Source of the DNA: Mycolicibacterium smegmatis
GTDB lineage: Bacteria > Actinomycetota > Actinomycetes > Mycobacteriales > Mycobacteriaceae
Assembly (NCBI RefSeq): GCF_001457595.1
Contig: NZ_LN831039.1
Span: 4,590,001 to 4,622,000 of the forward strand
DNA length: 32,000 nt
Reading direction: 5' to 3'
Shown: positions 24,519 to 32,000 of the stretch, piece by piece
Layout of the letters: each line of letters begins with the position of its first letter
Numbering within the stretch: position 1 is the stretch's first letter
The notes under the pieces: model-generated
What the model was told of the DNA's origin: nothing
Databases searched by the model: none
Seen by the model: only the letters and a program-made list of their open reading frames with translations
Position numbers and translations under genes: made by a program

Positions 24519-26228
24519 GTGACATCTTCCGAGGCACCAGCCAAAACGGCTGAGAAGCCCGCACCCAAGACACGGCCTGCCAAGCGCCCCCGCGGCGAGG
24601 GCCAGTGGGCACTCGGTTACCGCGAGCCGCTCAACGCCAACGAGCAGGCCAAGAAGGACGACAACCCGCTCAACGTGCGGGCGCGCATCGAGAACATCTA
24701 CGCCAAGAACGGCTTCGAGAGCATCGACAAGGGCGACCTGCGCGGCCGGTTCCGCTGGTGGGGCCTGTACACGCAGCGCAAGCCCGGGTACGACGGCACC
24801 TGGACCGGTGACGAGAACACCGACATGCTCGAAGACGAGTACTTCATGCTGCGCGTGCGCTGCGATGGTGGCGCGCTGACCACTGCAGCGCTGCGCACGC
24901 TCGGCGGCATCTCGACCGAGTTCGCGCGCGACACCGCCGACATCTCCGACCGCGAGAACGTCCAGTACCACTGGATCCAGGTCGAGAACATGCCCGAGAT
25001 CTGGAAGCGCCTCGACGCCGTCGGCCTGCAGACCACCGAGGCGTGCGGCGACTGCCCGCGTGTGGTCCTCGGCTCGCCGCTGGCCGGTGAGTCCCTCGAC
25101 GAGGTGATCGACGGGACCCCCGCGATCGACGAGATCGTGCGCCGCTACATCGGCAAGCCCGAGTACTCGAACCTGCCGCGCAAGTTCAAGACCGCGATCT
25201 CGGGGCTTCAGGACGTGGTCCACGAGGTCAACGACGTCGCGTTCATCGGCGTCAACCACCCCGAGCACGGCCCGGGCTTCGACCTGTGGGTCGGTGGCGG
25301 CCTGTCGACCAACCCGATGCTGGCCCAGCGCGTCGGGGTGTGGGTGCCGCTCGACGAGGTGCCCGACGTCTGGGAGGGCGTCGTCAGCATCTTCCGCGAC
25401 TACGGTTACCGGCGTCTGCGGTCGAAGGCGCGGCTGAAGTTCCTGATCAAGGACTGGGGCGTCGAAAAGTTCAGGGAAGTGCTGGAAACCGAGTACCTCA
25501 AGCGCCCCCTGATCGACGGCCCGGCACCCGAACCGGTGACCCGCCCCATCGACCACGTCGGTGTGCAGAAGCTCAAGAACGGCCTCAACGCCGTGGGCGT
25601 CGCCCCGATCGCGGGTCGCGTCTCGGGCACGATCCTGACCAAGGTGGCCGATCTCGCCGAGGCGGCCGGGTCCGACCGGATCCGCTTCACGCCGTACCAG
25701 AAGCTGATCATCCTCGACGTGCCCGACGACAAGATCGACGAACTGCGCGCTGGCCTCGACGCGCTCGGCCTGCCGTCGACGCCGTCGCACTGGCGCCGCA
25801 ACCTCATGGCGTGCACGGGTATCGAGTTCTGCAAGCTGAGCTTCGCCGAGACCCGTAAGCGGGCCCAGGTGCTGGTTCCCGAGCTGGAGAAGCGGCTCGA
25901 CGACATCAACGCCCAGCTCGACGTGCCCATCACGGTCAACATCAACGGCTGCCCCAACTCGTGCGCGCGTATCCAGGTCGCCGATATCGGGTTCAAGGGC
26001 CAGATGGTCGACGATGGCAACGGCCCCGAGGAGGGTTTCCAGGTGCATCTGGGCGGCAGCCTGGGCCTGGACAGCGGGTTCGGCCGCAAGCTGCGCCAGC
26101 ACAAGGTGCTCTCGTCCGAGCTCGGCGACTACATCGAGCGCGTCGTGCGCAACTTCGTGAAACAACGCGAGGACGGCGAGCGTTTCGCCCAGTGGGCCGT
26201 GCGGGCCGACGAAGCGGATTTGAGGTAG
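24519..26228 (+). CDS. sirA: Ferredoxin-dependent sulfite reductase (siroheme/4Fe-4S), SirA/NirA
   Basis: Track ORF of 569 aa. It has a duplicated nitrite/sulfite reductase fold with cluster and siroheme Cys motifs (ACTGIEFCKL, NGCPNSCAR). Its position next to cysH matches M. tuberculosis Rv2391-Rv2392. Confidence 0.9.
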   Translation: MTSSEAPAKTAEKPAPKTRPAKRPRGEGQWALGYREPLNANEQAKKDDNPLNVRARIENIYAKNGFESIDKGDLRGRFRWWGLYTQRKPGYDGTWTGDENTDMLEDEYFMLRVRCDGGALTTAALRTLGGISTEFARDTADISDRENVQYHWIQVENMPEIWKRLDAVGLQTTEACGDCPRVVLGSPLAGESLDEVIDGTPAIDEIVRRYIGKPEYSNLPRKFKTAISGLQDVVHEVNDVAFIGVNHPEHGPGFDLWVGGGLSTNPMLAQRVGVWVPLDEVPDVWEGVVSIFRDYGYRRLRSKARLKFLIKDWGVEKFREVLETEYLKRPLIDGPAPEPVTRPIDHVGVQKLKNGLNAVGVAPIAGRVSGTILTKVADLAEAAGSDRIRFTPYQKLIILDVPDDKIDELRAGLDALGLPSTPSHWRRNLMACTGIEFCKLSFAETRKRAQVLVPELEKRLDDINAQLDVPITVNINGCPNSCARIQVADIGFKGQMVDDGNGPEEGFQVHLGGSLGLDSGFGRKLRQHKVLSSELGDYIERVVRNFVKQREDGERFAQWAVRADEADLR

Positions 26229-26233
26229 GCAAC

Positions 26234-26944
26234 GTGACCGACGTGACGACGTCAACGGAGAACGAACTGCGCGAACTCGCCGAGCGCGGCGCGGCCGAGC
26301 TCGCGGACGCGAGCGCCGAGGAGCTGCTGCGCTGGACCGACGAGCACTTCGGCGGCAACTACGTGGTGGCATCGAACATGCAGGACGCGGTGCTCGTCGA
26401 GATGGCCGCCAAGGTGCGTCCCGGCGTGGACGTGCTGTTCCTCGACACCGGATACCACTTCGCCGAGACCATCGGCACGCGTGATGCCGTCGAGGCGGTC
26501 TACGACGTGCACGTGGTCAACGTGACCCCCGAGCGCACGGTCGCCGAGCAGGACGAACTGCTGGGCAAGGATCTGTTCGCGCGTGACCCCGGTGAGTGCT
26601 GCCGGCTGCGCAAGGTGGTGCCGTTGACCAACGCGCTCAAGGGTTATTCGGCGTGGGTCACCGGCATCCGCCGGGTCGAGGCGCCCACCCGGGCCAACGC
26701 CCCGTTGATCAGCTGGGACAACGCGTTCGGCCTGGTGAAGATCAACCCGATCGCGGCGTGGACCGACGAGGACATGCAGAACTACATCGACGCCAACGGC
26801 ATCCTGGTCAATCCCCTTGTCTACGAAGGTTATCCGTCGATCGGCTGCGCGCCCTGCACCAGTAAGCCGATTCCCGGGGCCGATCCGCGCAGTGGCCGCT
26901 GGGCCGGGCTGTCCAAGACCGAATGCGGGCTGCACGTCTCGTGA
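26234..26944 (+). CDS. cysH: Adenosine 5'-phosphosulfate (APS)/PAPS reductase, Fe-S type
   Basis: In-frame part of track ORF 25961..26944. GTG 26234 has a GAGG SD 8 nt upstream. Motifs: LFLDTGYHF, the CC pair in CCRLRKV, CAPC and the C-terminal ECGLH. Confidence 0.9.
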   Translation: MTDVTTSTENELRELAERGAAELADASAEELLRWTDEHFGGNYVVASNMQDAVLVEMAAKVRPGVDVLFLDTGYHFAETIGTRDAVEAVYDVHVVNVTPERTVAEQDELLGKDLFARDPGECCRLRKVVPLTNALKGYSAWVTGIRRVEAPTRANAPLISWDNAFGLVKINPIAAWTDEDMQNYIDANGILVNPLVYEGYPSIGCAPCTSKPIPGADPRSGRWAGLSKTECGLHVS

Positions 26945-27654
26945 CGCTCGTCCTGACCGCACACGGCAGCGCGGATCCGCGTTCGTCGGCCAATGCCCAC
27001 GCTATCGCCGGGCATGTGCGGCGCCTGTTGCCCGACACCGAGGTCCGTGTCGCGTTCTGTGAGCAGAACGAACCGAATCTCGCCGACGTCCTCACGGCTG
27101 TCGAAGCCGGTTCCGTGGTGGTGCCCCTGCTGCTCGCCAGCGCCTACCACGCACGCATCGACATCCCGGCGCTGATCGCGCAGACCGGTGCCGACGTGGT
27201 GCAGGCCGATGTGCTCGGGAACGATCCGCGCCTCCTGCAGGTGATGCGGGAACGCCTCACCGCCCTTGGTGTTTCACGCTTCGATTCGTCTCTCGGCGTG
27301 GTGCTCACCGGCGTCGGGTCCTCACACGCCGCGGCCAACGCGCGCACCGCGGAACTCGCCGCCGATCTGGCCGAGGGCACCCGGTGGGTCGGCACGCACG
27401 TCGCGTTCGCGACCGGGCAGGATCCGTCCGTGAGCCGGGCCGTCGAGCGGTTGCGCGCCCGGGGAGCGACGCGACTGGTGATCGCGCCGTGGTTCCTGGC
27501 GCACGGCCGCATCACCGACCGCGTCGCCGAATATGCCCGCCGCGAAGGCATTCCGATGGCCGAACCGCTCGGCCCGCACCGCCTCGTCGCCGCCACGGTG
27601 CTCGACCGCTACGAAGAGGCGATCGAGGCCCGCACCGCCGGTTTCGCCGCCTAG
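26941..27654 (+). CDS. che1: Sirohydrochlorin ferrochelatase (CbiX/SirB-type)
   Basis: Track ORF 26923..27654. GTG 26941 (VTLVLTAHGSADPR...) overlaps the cysH stop (GTGA); ATG 26923 is an alternative. The two-lobed CbiX pattern has VPLLLASAYH in one half and LVIAPWFLAHG in the other. Position after cysH matches Rv2393. Confidence 0.8.
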   Translation: MTLVLTAHGSADPRSSANAHAIAGHVRRLLPDTEVRVAFCEQNEPNLADVLTAVEAGSVVVPLLLASAYHARIDIPALIAQTGADVVQADVLGNDPRLLQVMRERLTALGVSRFDSSLGVVLTGVGSSHAAANARTAELAADLAEGTRWVGTHVAFATGQDPSVSRAVERLRARGATRLVIAPWFLAHGRITDRVAEYARREGIPMAEPLGPHRLVAATVLDRYEEAIEARTAGFAA

Positions 27655-27672
27655 ACTCCCCTGCCGCGCCGG

Positions 27673-28758
27673 CTACTGCGCCAGTGCGGCGTCGGCGTTC
27701 ACGTTGTTGGTGGCGGTCCGCGGCACCTGGGCCTCACCCGCGATGTGCGGTACGCGCGTCGCGCGCACGTACACCGTGTCGCCCTCTTCCAACCCGAGCG
27801 CCTCGGCGTCGCCCCGCGTGATCTGCGCGGTGAACGGCACATGCGATGCGGCGCTGGTGAGTTCGACGCGCACCTCGAAGCCCAGCATCACGATGCGGTC
27901 GATCGTGGCGCGCAGCACCCCGGTGGCCTCGGCCGTGCCGTCGCTCGCGGCGATCGCCATCTCCGGGGTGCGACCCACCCGGATATCGTGCGGACGCACC
28001 AGGGTCCCGTTGATCTCCGACACCGCACCGAGAAACGACATCACGAACGCGTTGGCCGGCTGGTCGTACACCTCGGTCGGCGACCCGATCTGTTCGATGC
28101 GGCCCTTGTTGAGCACGGCGATGCGGTCGGCCACATCGAGCGCCTCCGACTGGTCGTGGGTCACCAGCACCGTGGTGACGTGCACCTCGTCGTGCAGGCG
28201 ACGCAGCCACGTCCGCAGGTCGTCACGGACCTTGGCGTCCAGCGCACCGAACGGTTCGTCGAGCAGCAGCACCTGCGGATCCACCGCGAGTGCACGGGCC
28301 AGGGCCATGCGCTGACGCTGACCGCCGGACAGCTGGTTGGGATAGCGGGTCTGGAAGCCGCTGAGCCCCACGACTTCCAGGAGGTTGTCCACACGCTCGG
28401 CGATCTCGGCCTTGGGACGCTTGCGGATCTTCAGGCCGAAGGCCACGTTGTCGCGCACCGACAGGTGCTTGAACGCCGCATAGTGCTGGAACACGAAACC
28501 GATACCGCGCTGCTGCGGGGGCACCCCGGTGACGTCACGCCCGTTGATGGTGACGGTGCCCGAATCGGGCTGATCCAATCCGGCGATGGCCCGCAGCAGT
28601 GTCGACTTGCCCGAACCGCTGGGGCCCAGCAGCGCGGTCAGCGAGCCGGAGGGCACCTCGAAGTCGATGTTGTCGAGCGCCGCGAAATCGCCGTAGTGCT
28701 TGTTGGCGCCGCGCACCACGATCGCGCTCGTGTTGGTTTGCGTACTGGTGTCAGACAT
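27673..28758 (-). CDS. cysA: Sulfate/thiosulfate ABC transporter ATP-binding protein CysA
   Basis: Track ORF of 361 aa. Motifs: Walker [10 protein letters not shown], signature [15 protein letters not shown] and Walker B LLLDEPF. A C-terminal TOBE-like domain is present. Confidence 0.92.
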   Translation of the reverse strand: MSDTSTQTNTSAIVVRGANKHYGDFAALDNIDFEVPSGSLTALLGPSGSGKSTLLRAIAGLDQPDSGTVTINGRDVTGVPPQQRGIGFVFQHYAAFKHLSVRDNVAFGLKIRKRPKAEIAERVDNLLEVVGLSGFQTRYPNQLSGGQRQRMALARALAVDPQVLLLDEPFGALDAKVRDDLRTWLRRLHDEVHVTTVLVTHDQSEALDVADRIAVLNKGRIEQIGSPTEVYDQPANAFVMSFLGAVSEINGTLVRPHDIRVGRTPEMAIAASDGTAEATGVLRATIDRIVMLGFEVRVELTSAASHVPFTAQITRGDAEALGLEEGDTVYVRATRVPHIAGEAQVPRTATNNVNADAALAQ

Positions 28759-28773
28759 CGCCCCTCACCCCTT

Positions 28774-29598
28774 CTAAGACTGTTCGGCCTTGGCGCGGCG
28801 CTTGTCAAGAAGCACCTGGGCCACCAGGACCACGACCGCGACCGCCATGAGCAACGTCGATATGGCGTAGGCGCCGTACACGGAATCGGCGGTGCCGCGG
28901 TTGTACCGGTCGGCCACCAGCAGGGTCAGCGTCTGCGAGACACCCGGCAGGTTGGACGACACCATGATCACCGCACCGAATTCGCCGAGCGTGCGGGCGA
29001 TGGTCAGCACGATGCCGTACGTCAGGCCCCACCGGATCGACGGCAGCGTGATGCGCCAGAAGGTCTGCCACCAGGTCGATCCCAGCGTGGCCGCGGCCTC
29101 CTCCTGATCGGTGCCGATCTCGTGGAGCACGGGTTCGACCTCGCGGATGACGAACGGCACCGTCACGAAGATGCTCGCCAGCACGATGCCAGGGAAGCCG
29201 AAGATGATCTTCAAGCCCAGGTTGTTCTCGACGAAACCGAACAACCCCGCCGAGCCCCACAGGAGGATGAGCGCGACGCCGACCACCACGGGCGACACCG
29301 CGAACGGCAGGTCGATGACGGCCTGCAGCGCACTCTTGCCGCGGAACTTGTTGCGTGCCAGCACCAGGGCCGTCGGCACGCCGAACAACACGTTGAGCGG
29401 CACCACGATCGCGACCACCAGCAGCGACAGGTTCAGCGCCGAGATCGCCGCAGGTGTCGAGATCGACGTGACGAAAGCGCCGATGCCCGGTGCGAACGTG
29501 CGCCACAGGATCAGGCCCACCGGCACCACGACCAGCACCAGGATGTAGGCCAACGCGGTGAAGCGCAGCAGCCGGCGCACGACAGGTGAGAGCGTCAT
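28774..29598 (-). CDS. cysW: Sulfate ABC transporter permease CysW
   Basis: Track ORF of 274 aa, multi-TM. The permease loop is EAAATLGSTWWQTFWRITLPSIRWGL. The ATG overlaps the cysT stop. Confidence 0.9.
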   Translation of the reverse strand: MTLSPVVRRLLRFTALAYILVLVVVPVGLILWRTFAPGIGAFVTSISTPAAISALNLSLLVVAIVVPLNVLFGVPTALVLARNKFRGKSALQAVIDLPFAVSPVVVGVALILLWGSAGLFGFVENNLGLKIIFGFPGIVLASIFVTVPFVIREVEPVLHEIGTDQEEAAATLGSTWWQTFWRITLPSIRWGLTYGIVLTIARTLGEFGAVIMVSSNLPGVSQTLTLLVADRYNRGTADSVYGAYAISTLLMAVAVVVLVAQVLLDKRRAKAEQS

Positions 29599-30452
29599 CC
29601 CTCGAGCTCCTCACGTTTGGCGGCGCGCGCGCCCACGGCGCGCAGCACGAACAGCACCGCGAACGAGATCACCAGCAGCACAATCGAGATCGCCGCGGCA
29701 CCGGTGCGGTCGTCGTTCTCGATGAGGGTGCGGATCCACTGCGACGACACCTCGGTCTTGCCGGGCACCGCGCCGCCGATCAGCACGACGGAGCCGAATT
29801 CGCCGATGGCGCGCGAGAACGCCAGGCCCGCGCCCGACAACAGGGCGGGCAGCAGGGCAGGCAGGATCACGCGCAGGAAGATGGTGCGGTTGCCGGCGCC
29901 CAGGGACGCCGCGGCCTCCTCGACCTCGCGGTCGAGTTCGAGCAGCACGGGTTGCACCGAGCGCACCACGAACGGCAGCGTCACGAACAGCAGCGCGATG
30001 CCGACGCCCCATTTGGTGTGCTGCAGGTGCAGGTCCACCGGGCTGGCCGGGCCGTACAGGGCCAGCATCACGAGGCTGGCCACGATGGTCGGAAGCGCGA
30101 ACGGCAGATCGATCACCGAGTCGACGATGCGCTTGCCGGGGAACTCGTCACGGGTCAGCACCCACGCGACCAGCAGGCCGAACACCGCGTTCACGACCGT
30201 CACGCCCGCGGAGATCGTCAGCGTGACCTGGAAGCTGTCGACCGCCGCGTTGGAGGTCACGGCGCGCCAGAACGCGTCCCAGCCACCACCGGCGGCCTGC
30301 CAAAGGATCGCGGCCAGCGGCAGCAGCACGATCACGCTCAACCAGATCGACGCCGCGCCCACGCGCAGCGAGGTACTGCCGTAGCGTCCACGGGCCGCGC
30401 GGGGAGCGGGTGCTCCCGGCGCGGCCGTCGACGCCTCGGCGGGTGCGGTCAT
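29595..30452 (-). CDS. cysT: Sulfate ABC transporter permease CysT
   Basis: Track ORF 29595..30551. ATG 30452 (MTAPAEAST...) overlaps the subI stop (ATGA) and removes an Arg-rich 33-aa extension. The permease loop is EEAAASLGAGNRTIFLRVILPALLPAL. Confidence 0.88.
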   Translation of the reverse strand: MTAPAEASTAAPGAPAPRAARGRYGSTSLRVGAASIWLSVIVLLPLAAILWQAAGGGWDAFWRAVTSNAAVDSFQVTLTISAGVTVVNAVFGLLVAWVLTRDEFPGKRIVDSVIDLPFALPTIVASLVMLALYGPASPVDLHLQHTKWGVGIALLFVTLPFVVRSVQPVLLELDREVEEAAASLGAGNRTIFLRVILPALLPALLSGAGLAFSRAIGEFGSVVLIGGAVPGKTEVSSQWIRTLIENDDRTGAAAISIVLLVISFAVLFVLRAVGARAAKREELEG

Positions 30453-31498
30453 CCAGTGGCCTGCTTGTAGATCTTGGTGATGGTGCCGTTGTCCTTGTCG
30501 AACAGCGACGGATCGACGGCGTCCCAGCCACCGAGGTCGTCGACCGTCCACAGCTTCTCCGGCGCCGGGAAGTCCGCGGCGAACTCGGCGGCGACCGCGG
30601 GGTCGACGGGCCGGAAGCCGGCCTCGGCCCAGATCTTCTGGCCCTCGGGGGTGAACACGAAGTTCTTCAGCGCGTTGGCCGCCTCCGAGTGCGACGTGGT
30701 GTTGACGACCGCGACCGGATTCTCGATCTTGAAGGTCTGCGGCGGGTTGACGTGCTCGACGGGCTTGCCCTGCCGCTCGACGTAGATCGCCTCGTTCTCG
30801 TAGCTGATCAGCACGTCGCCCGTGCCCTGCAGGAACACGTCGGTGGCTTCACGGCCCGAGCCCGGGCGGGTCTTGACGTGCTCGGTGACCAGCTTGTTGA
30901 CGAAGTCGATGCCCGCCTCGGGGTCCTGACCGCCGTTGCTCTTCGCGGCGTACGGCGCCAGCAGGTTCCACTTGGCCGAACCCGAGCTCAGCGGACTCGG
31001 GGTGACCACCTCGAGCCCCGGCTGCAACAGATCGTCCCAGTCCTTGATGCCCTTGGGGTTGCCCTGGCGCACGACGAGCGAAACCACCGAACCGAACGGG
31101 ATGCCCTTGGTGGCGCCGGCATTCCAGTCCTCGGCGACCTTGCCGGCCTTGACCAGACGGGTGATGTCGGGTTCGACCGAGAAGTTGACGATGTCGGCGG
31201 GCTTGCCGTCGACGACGGCGCGCGACTGGTCACCGGAGGCACCGAAGGACGTGCGCACCGCGACACCCTTGCCCTCATCGGTGGCGGTGAACGCGGGGAT
31301 GATCTTGCTCCAACCCGGCTCCGGCACGGCGTAGGCGACCAGCGTCAGCGTGGTCTCGGCGTTCGCGTCGGCACCGCCGTCGTCGCCTGCGACGTCACTC
31401 GCGCCGCCGCCGCAGCCGACGGCGAGGATGCCGGTGGCGGCGAGTGCTGTGGCGGTGCGCCAGAACTTGAACTTGGTGAGCTTCTCGGTGGTGGGCAC
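30449..31498 (-). CDS. subI: Sulfate-binding lipoprotein SubI
   Basis: Track ORF of 349 aa with a GTG start; a GAAGGAAAGG SD sits 6 nt upstream. The signal peptide carries the lipobox LAVGC. It is the sulfate/thiosulfate-binding family, first gene of subI-cysTWA as in Rv2400c-Rv2397c. Confidence 0.9.
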   Translation of the reverse strand: MPTTEKLTKFKFWRTATALAATGILAVGCGGGASDVAGDDGGADANAETTLTLVAYAVPEPGWSKIIPAFTATDEGKGVAVRTSFGASGDQSRAVVDGKPADIVNFSVEPDITRLVKAGKVAEDWNAGATKGIPFGSVVSLVVRQGNPKGIKDWDDLLQPGLEVVTPSPLSSGSAKWNLLAPYAAKSNGGQDPEAGIDFVNKLVTEHVKTRPGSGREATDVFLQGTGDVLISYENEAIYVERQGKPVEHVNPPQTFKIENPVAVVNTTSHSEAANALKNFVFTPEGQKIWAEAGFRPVDPAVAAEFAADFPAPEKLWTVDDLGGWDAVDPSLFDKDNGTITKIYKQATG

Positions 31499-31615
31499 TG
31501 ATGACCTTTCCTTCGGGGCTGGGGACAGAGTTGAACCGTCACAGCGGAAGGCAATGGATCAGTTTGTCGGCAAATGATCAGCCACGACTGACCCCGAACC
31601 GCGGACGGTTGGGAA

Positions 31616-31705
31616 TCAGCGACAACAGTGCGCGTCAGCGACGACGCAGAAGCCGGCAGCAGGAAGCACCACGACGTGGCTCCCCATCGCACCGGCGGAA
31701 TGCAT
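31616..31705 (-). CDS. Candidate leaderless Cys-containing leader peptide (29 aa) upstream of subI-cysTWA
   Basis: Hand translation gives MHSAGAMGSHVVVLPAAGFCVVADAHCCR, with TGT TGT at codons 27-28. A TANNNT -10 (TATTCT, 31718-31713) ends exactly 7 nt upstream of ATG 31705. The stop lies 117 nt upstream of the subI GTG. Confidence 0.4.
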   Translation of the reverse strand: MHSAGAMGSHVVVLPAAGFCVVADAHCCR

Positions 31706-31754
31706 GGCGCGAAGAATAACAGAGACGACGGTGAACGCCGCGCCGAGAGGGGTC

Positions 31755-31841
31755 TCAGCGCGTGAGAAACCACATGACGATGACCAGCAAAACCAGGATG
31801 ACCAGCACCAACGTCACCCGCGAGCGCGGCATGCCGGTCAT
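31755..31841 (-). CDS. Small hydrophobic peptide (28 aa, single TM), start coupled to the upstream gene's stop
   Basis: Hand translation gives MTGMPRSRVTLVLVILVLLVIVMWFLTR. The ATGA overlaps the stop of the upstream membrane protein. Third-position G+C is high (25 of 28 codons). Confidence 0.4.
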   Translation of the reverse strand: MTGMPRSRVTLVLVILVLLVIVMWFLTR

Positions 31842-32000
31842 TCCGATCCCGCTTCCGCCGAATCGGCGCGGCGCAGCCTGCGCACGGCGTGAACGGCCTG
31901 CGCCAGCGCGCCGTCGAGCACCACGGCGATGCCGTACGCCAACGCCAGAACCACCGGCATCACGACCGCGGTCTGCGCCAAGAAGGGCAGTCCCGTCAGC
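31838..32000 (-). CDS. C-terminal end of a membrane protein of unknown function (ORF open to the right edge)
   Basis: Hand translation gives ...LTGLPFLAQTAVVMPVVLALAYGIAVVLDGALAQAVHAVRRLRRADSAEAGSE*. It has a strong third-position G/C bias, a TM helix and a basic tail. It is absent from the track because the start lies outside the window. Confidence 0.55.
   Translation of the reverse strand, partial: LTGLPFLAQTAVVMPVVLALAYGIAVVLDGALAQAVHAVRRLRRADSAEAGSE

Noticed and set aside
24474-26372. 632-aa minus-strand ORF
   Set aside because: It is antisense to sirA and the cysH start. The translation is low complexity (A/R/V/L/D-rich).
27745-29589. 614-aa plus-strand ORF
   Set aside because: It is antisense to cysA and cysW. 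It is His/Arg/Gly/Asp-rich, with no ABC or other motifs.
30410-31501. 363-aa plus-strand ORF
   Set aside because: It is antisense to subI and is a GC shadow ORF.
31633-31754. Third minus-strand frame upstream of subI that also encodes ...GASCCRLLRRR*
   Set aside because: That frame has no ATG, GTG or TTG between the preceding stop (31755-31757) and its own stop, so it cannot be initiated.
31345-31773. 142-aa minus-strand ORF spanning the subI start
   Set aside because: It is out of frame with subI, crosses the subI SD and start, and has no motifs. Its frame differs from that of the short Cys sORF.

Overview
High-GC actinobacterial (mycobacterial) chromosome with two functional blocks. Gene content and order match my recollection of the M. 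tuberculosis Rv2379c-Rv2400c region, in a compact form typical of a fast grower such as M. smegmatis.

(1) Mycobactin siderophore cluster. The minus strand carries mbtB, a free-standing thioesterase, mbtC, mbtD, mbtE and the start of mbtF as one chain of overlapping genes. mbtA is divergent, with two tandem IdeR iron boxes in the shared promoter. mbtI (salicylate synthase) has its own IdeR box. Where M. tuberculosis has mbtJ, between mbtA and mbtI, sits a six-gene unit: TetR regulator, tandem-DUF4242 protein, acyl-CoA-dehydrogenase-fold protein, and a NitT/TauT-type ABC importer (ATPase, Tat-signal binding protein, permease).

(2) Sulfate assimilation. hemW is followed by sirA-cysH-che1 on the plus strand and subI-cysT-cysW-cysA on the minus strand.

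Most interesting observations:
- Each sulfur operon is preceded by an unlisted short ORF with clustered Cys codons, and the -10 spacing implies a leaderless transcript. They encode CSCCC upstream of sirA and a weaker CC upstream of subI. Both look like cysteine-responsive translational attenuators.
- The sirA Shine-Dalgarno lies inside a hairpin.
- The stand-alone thioesterase has GHCMG (Cys) where GHSMG (Ser) is expected.
- MbtE ends in an extra C domain, a vestigial A-domain fragment and a second carrier domain.

I saw no rRNA, tRNA, CRISPR array, transposase or phage gene. Most long ORFs in the track are antisense or off-frame artefacts of high GC. All functional calls rest on motif recognition by eye and remembered synteny; no searches were run.
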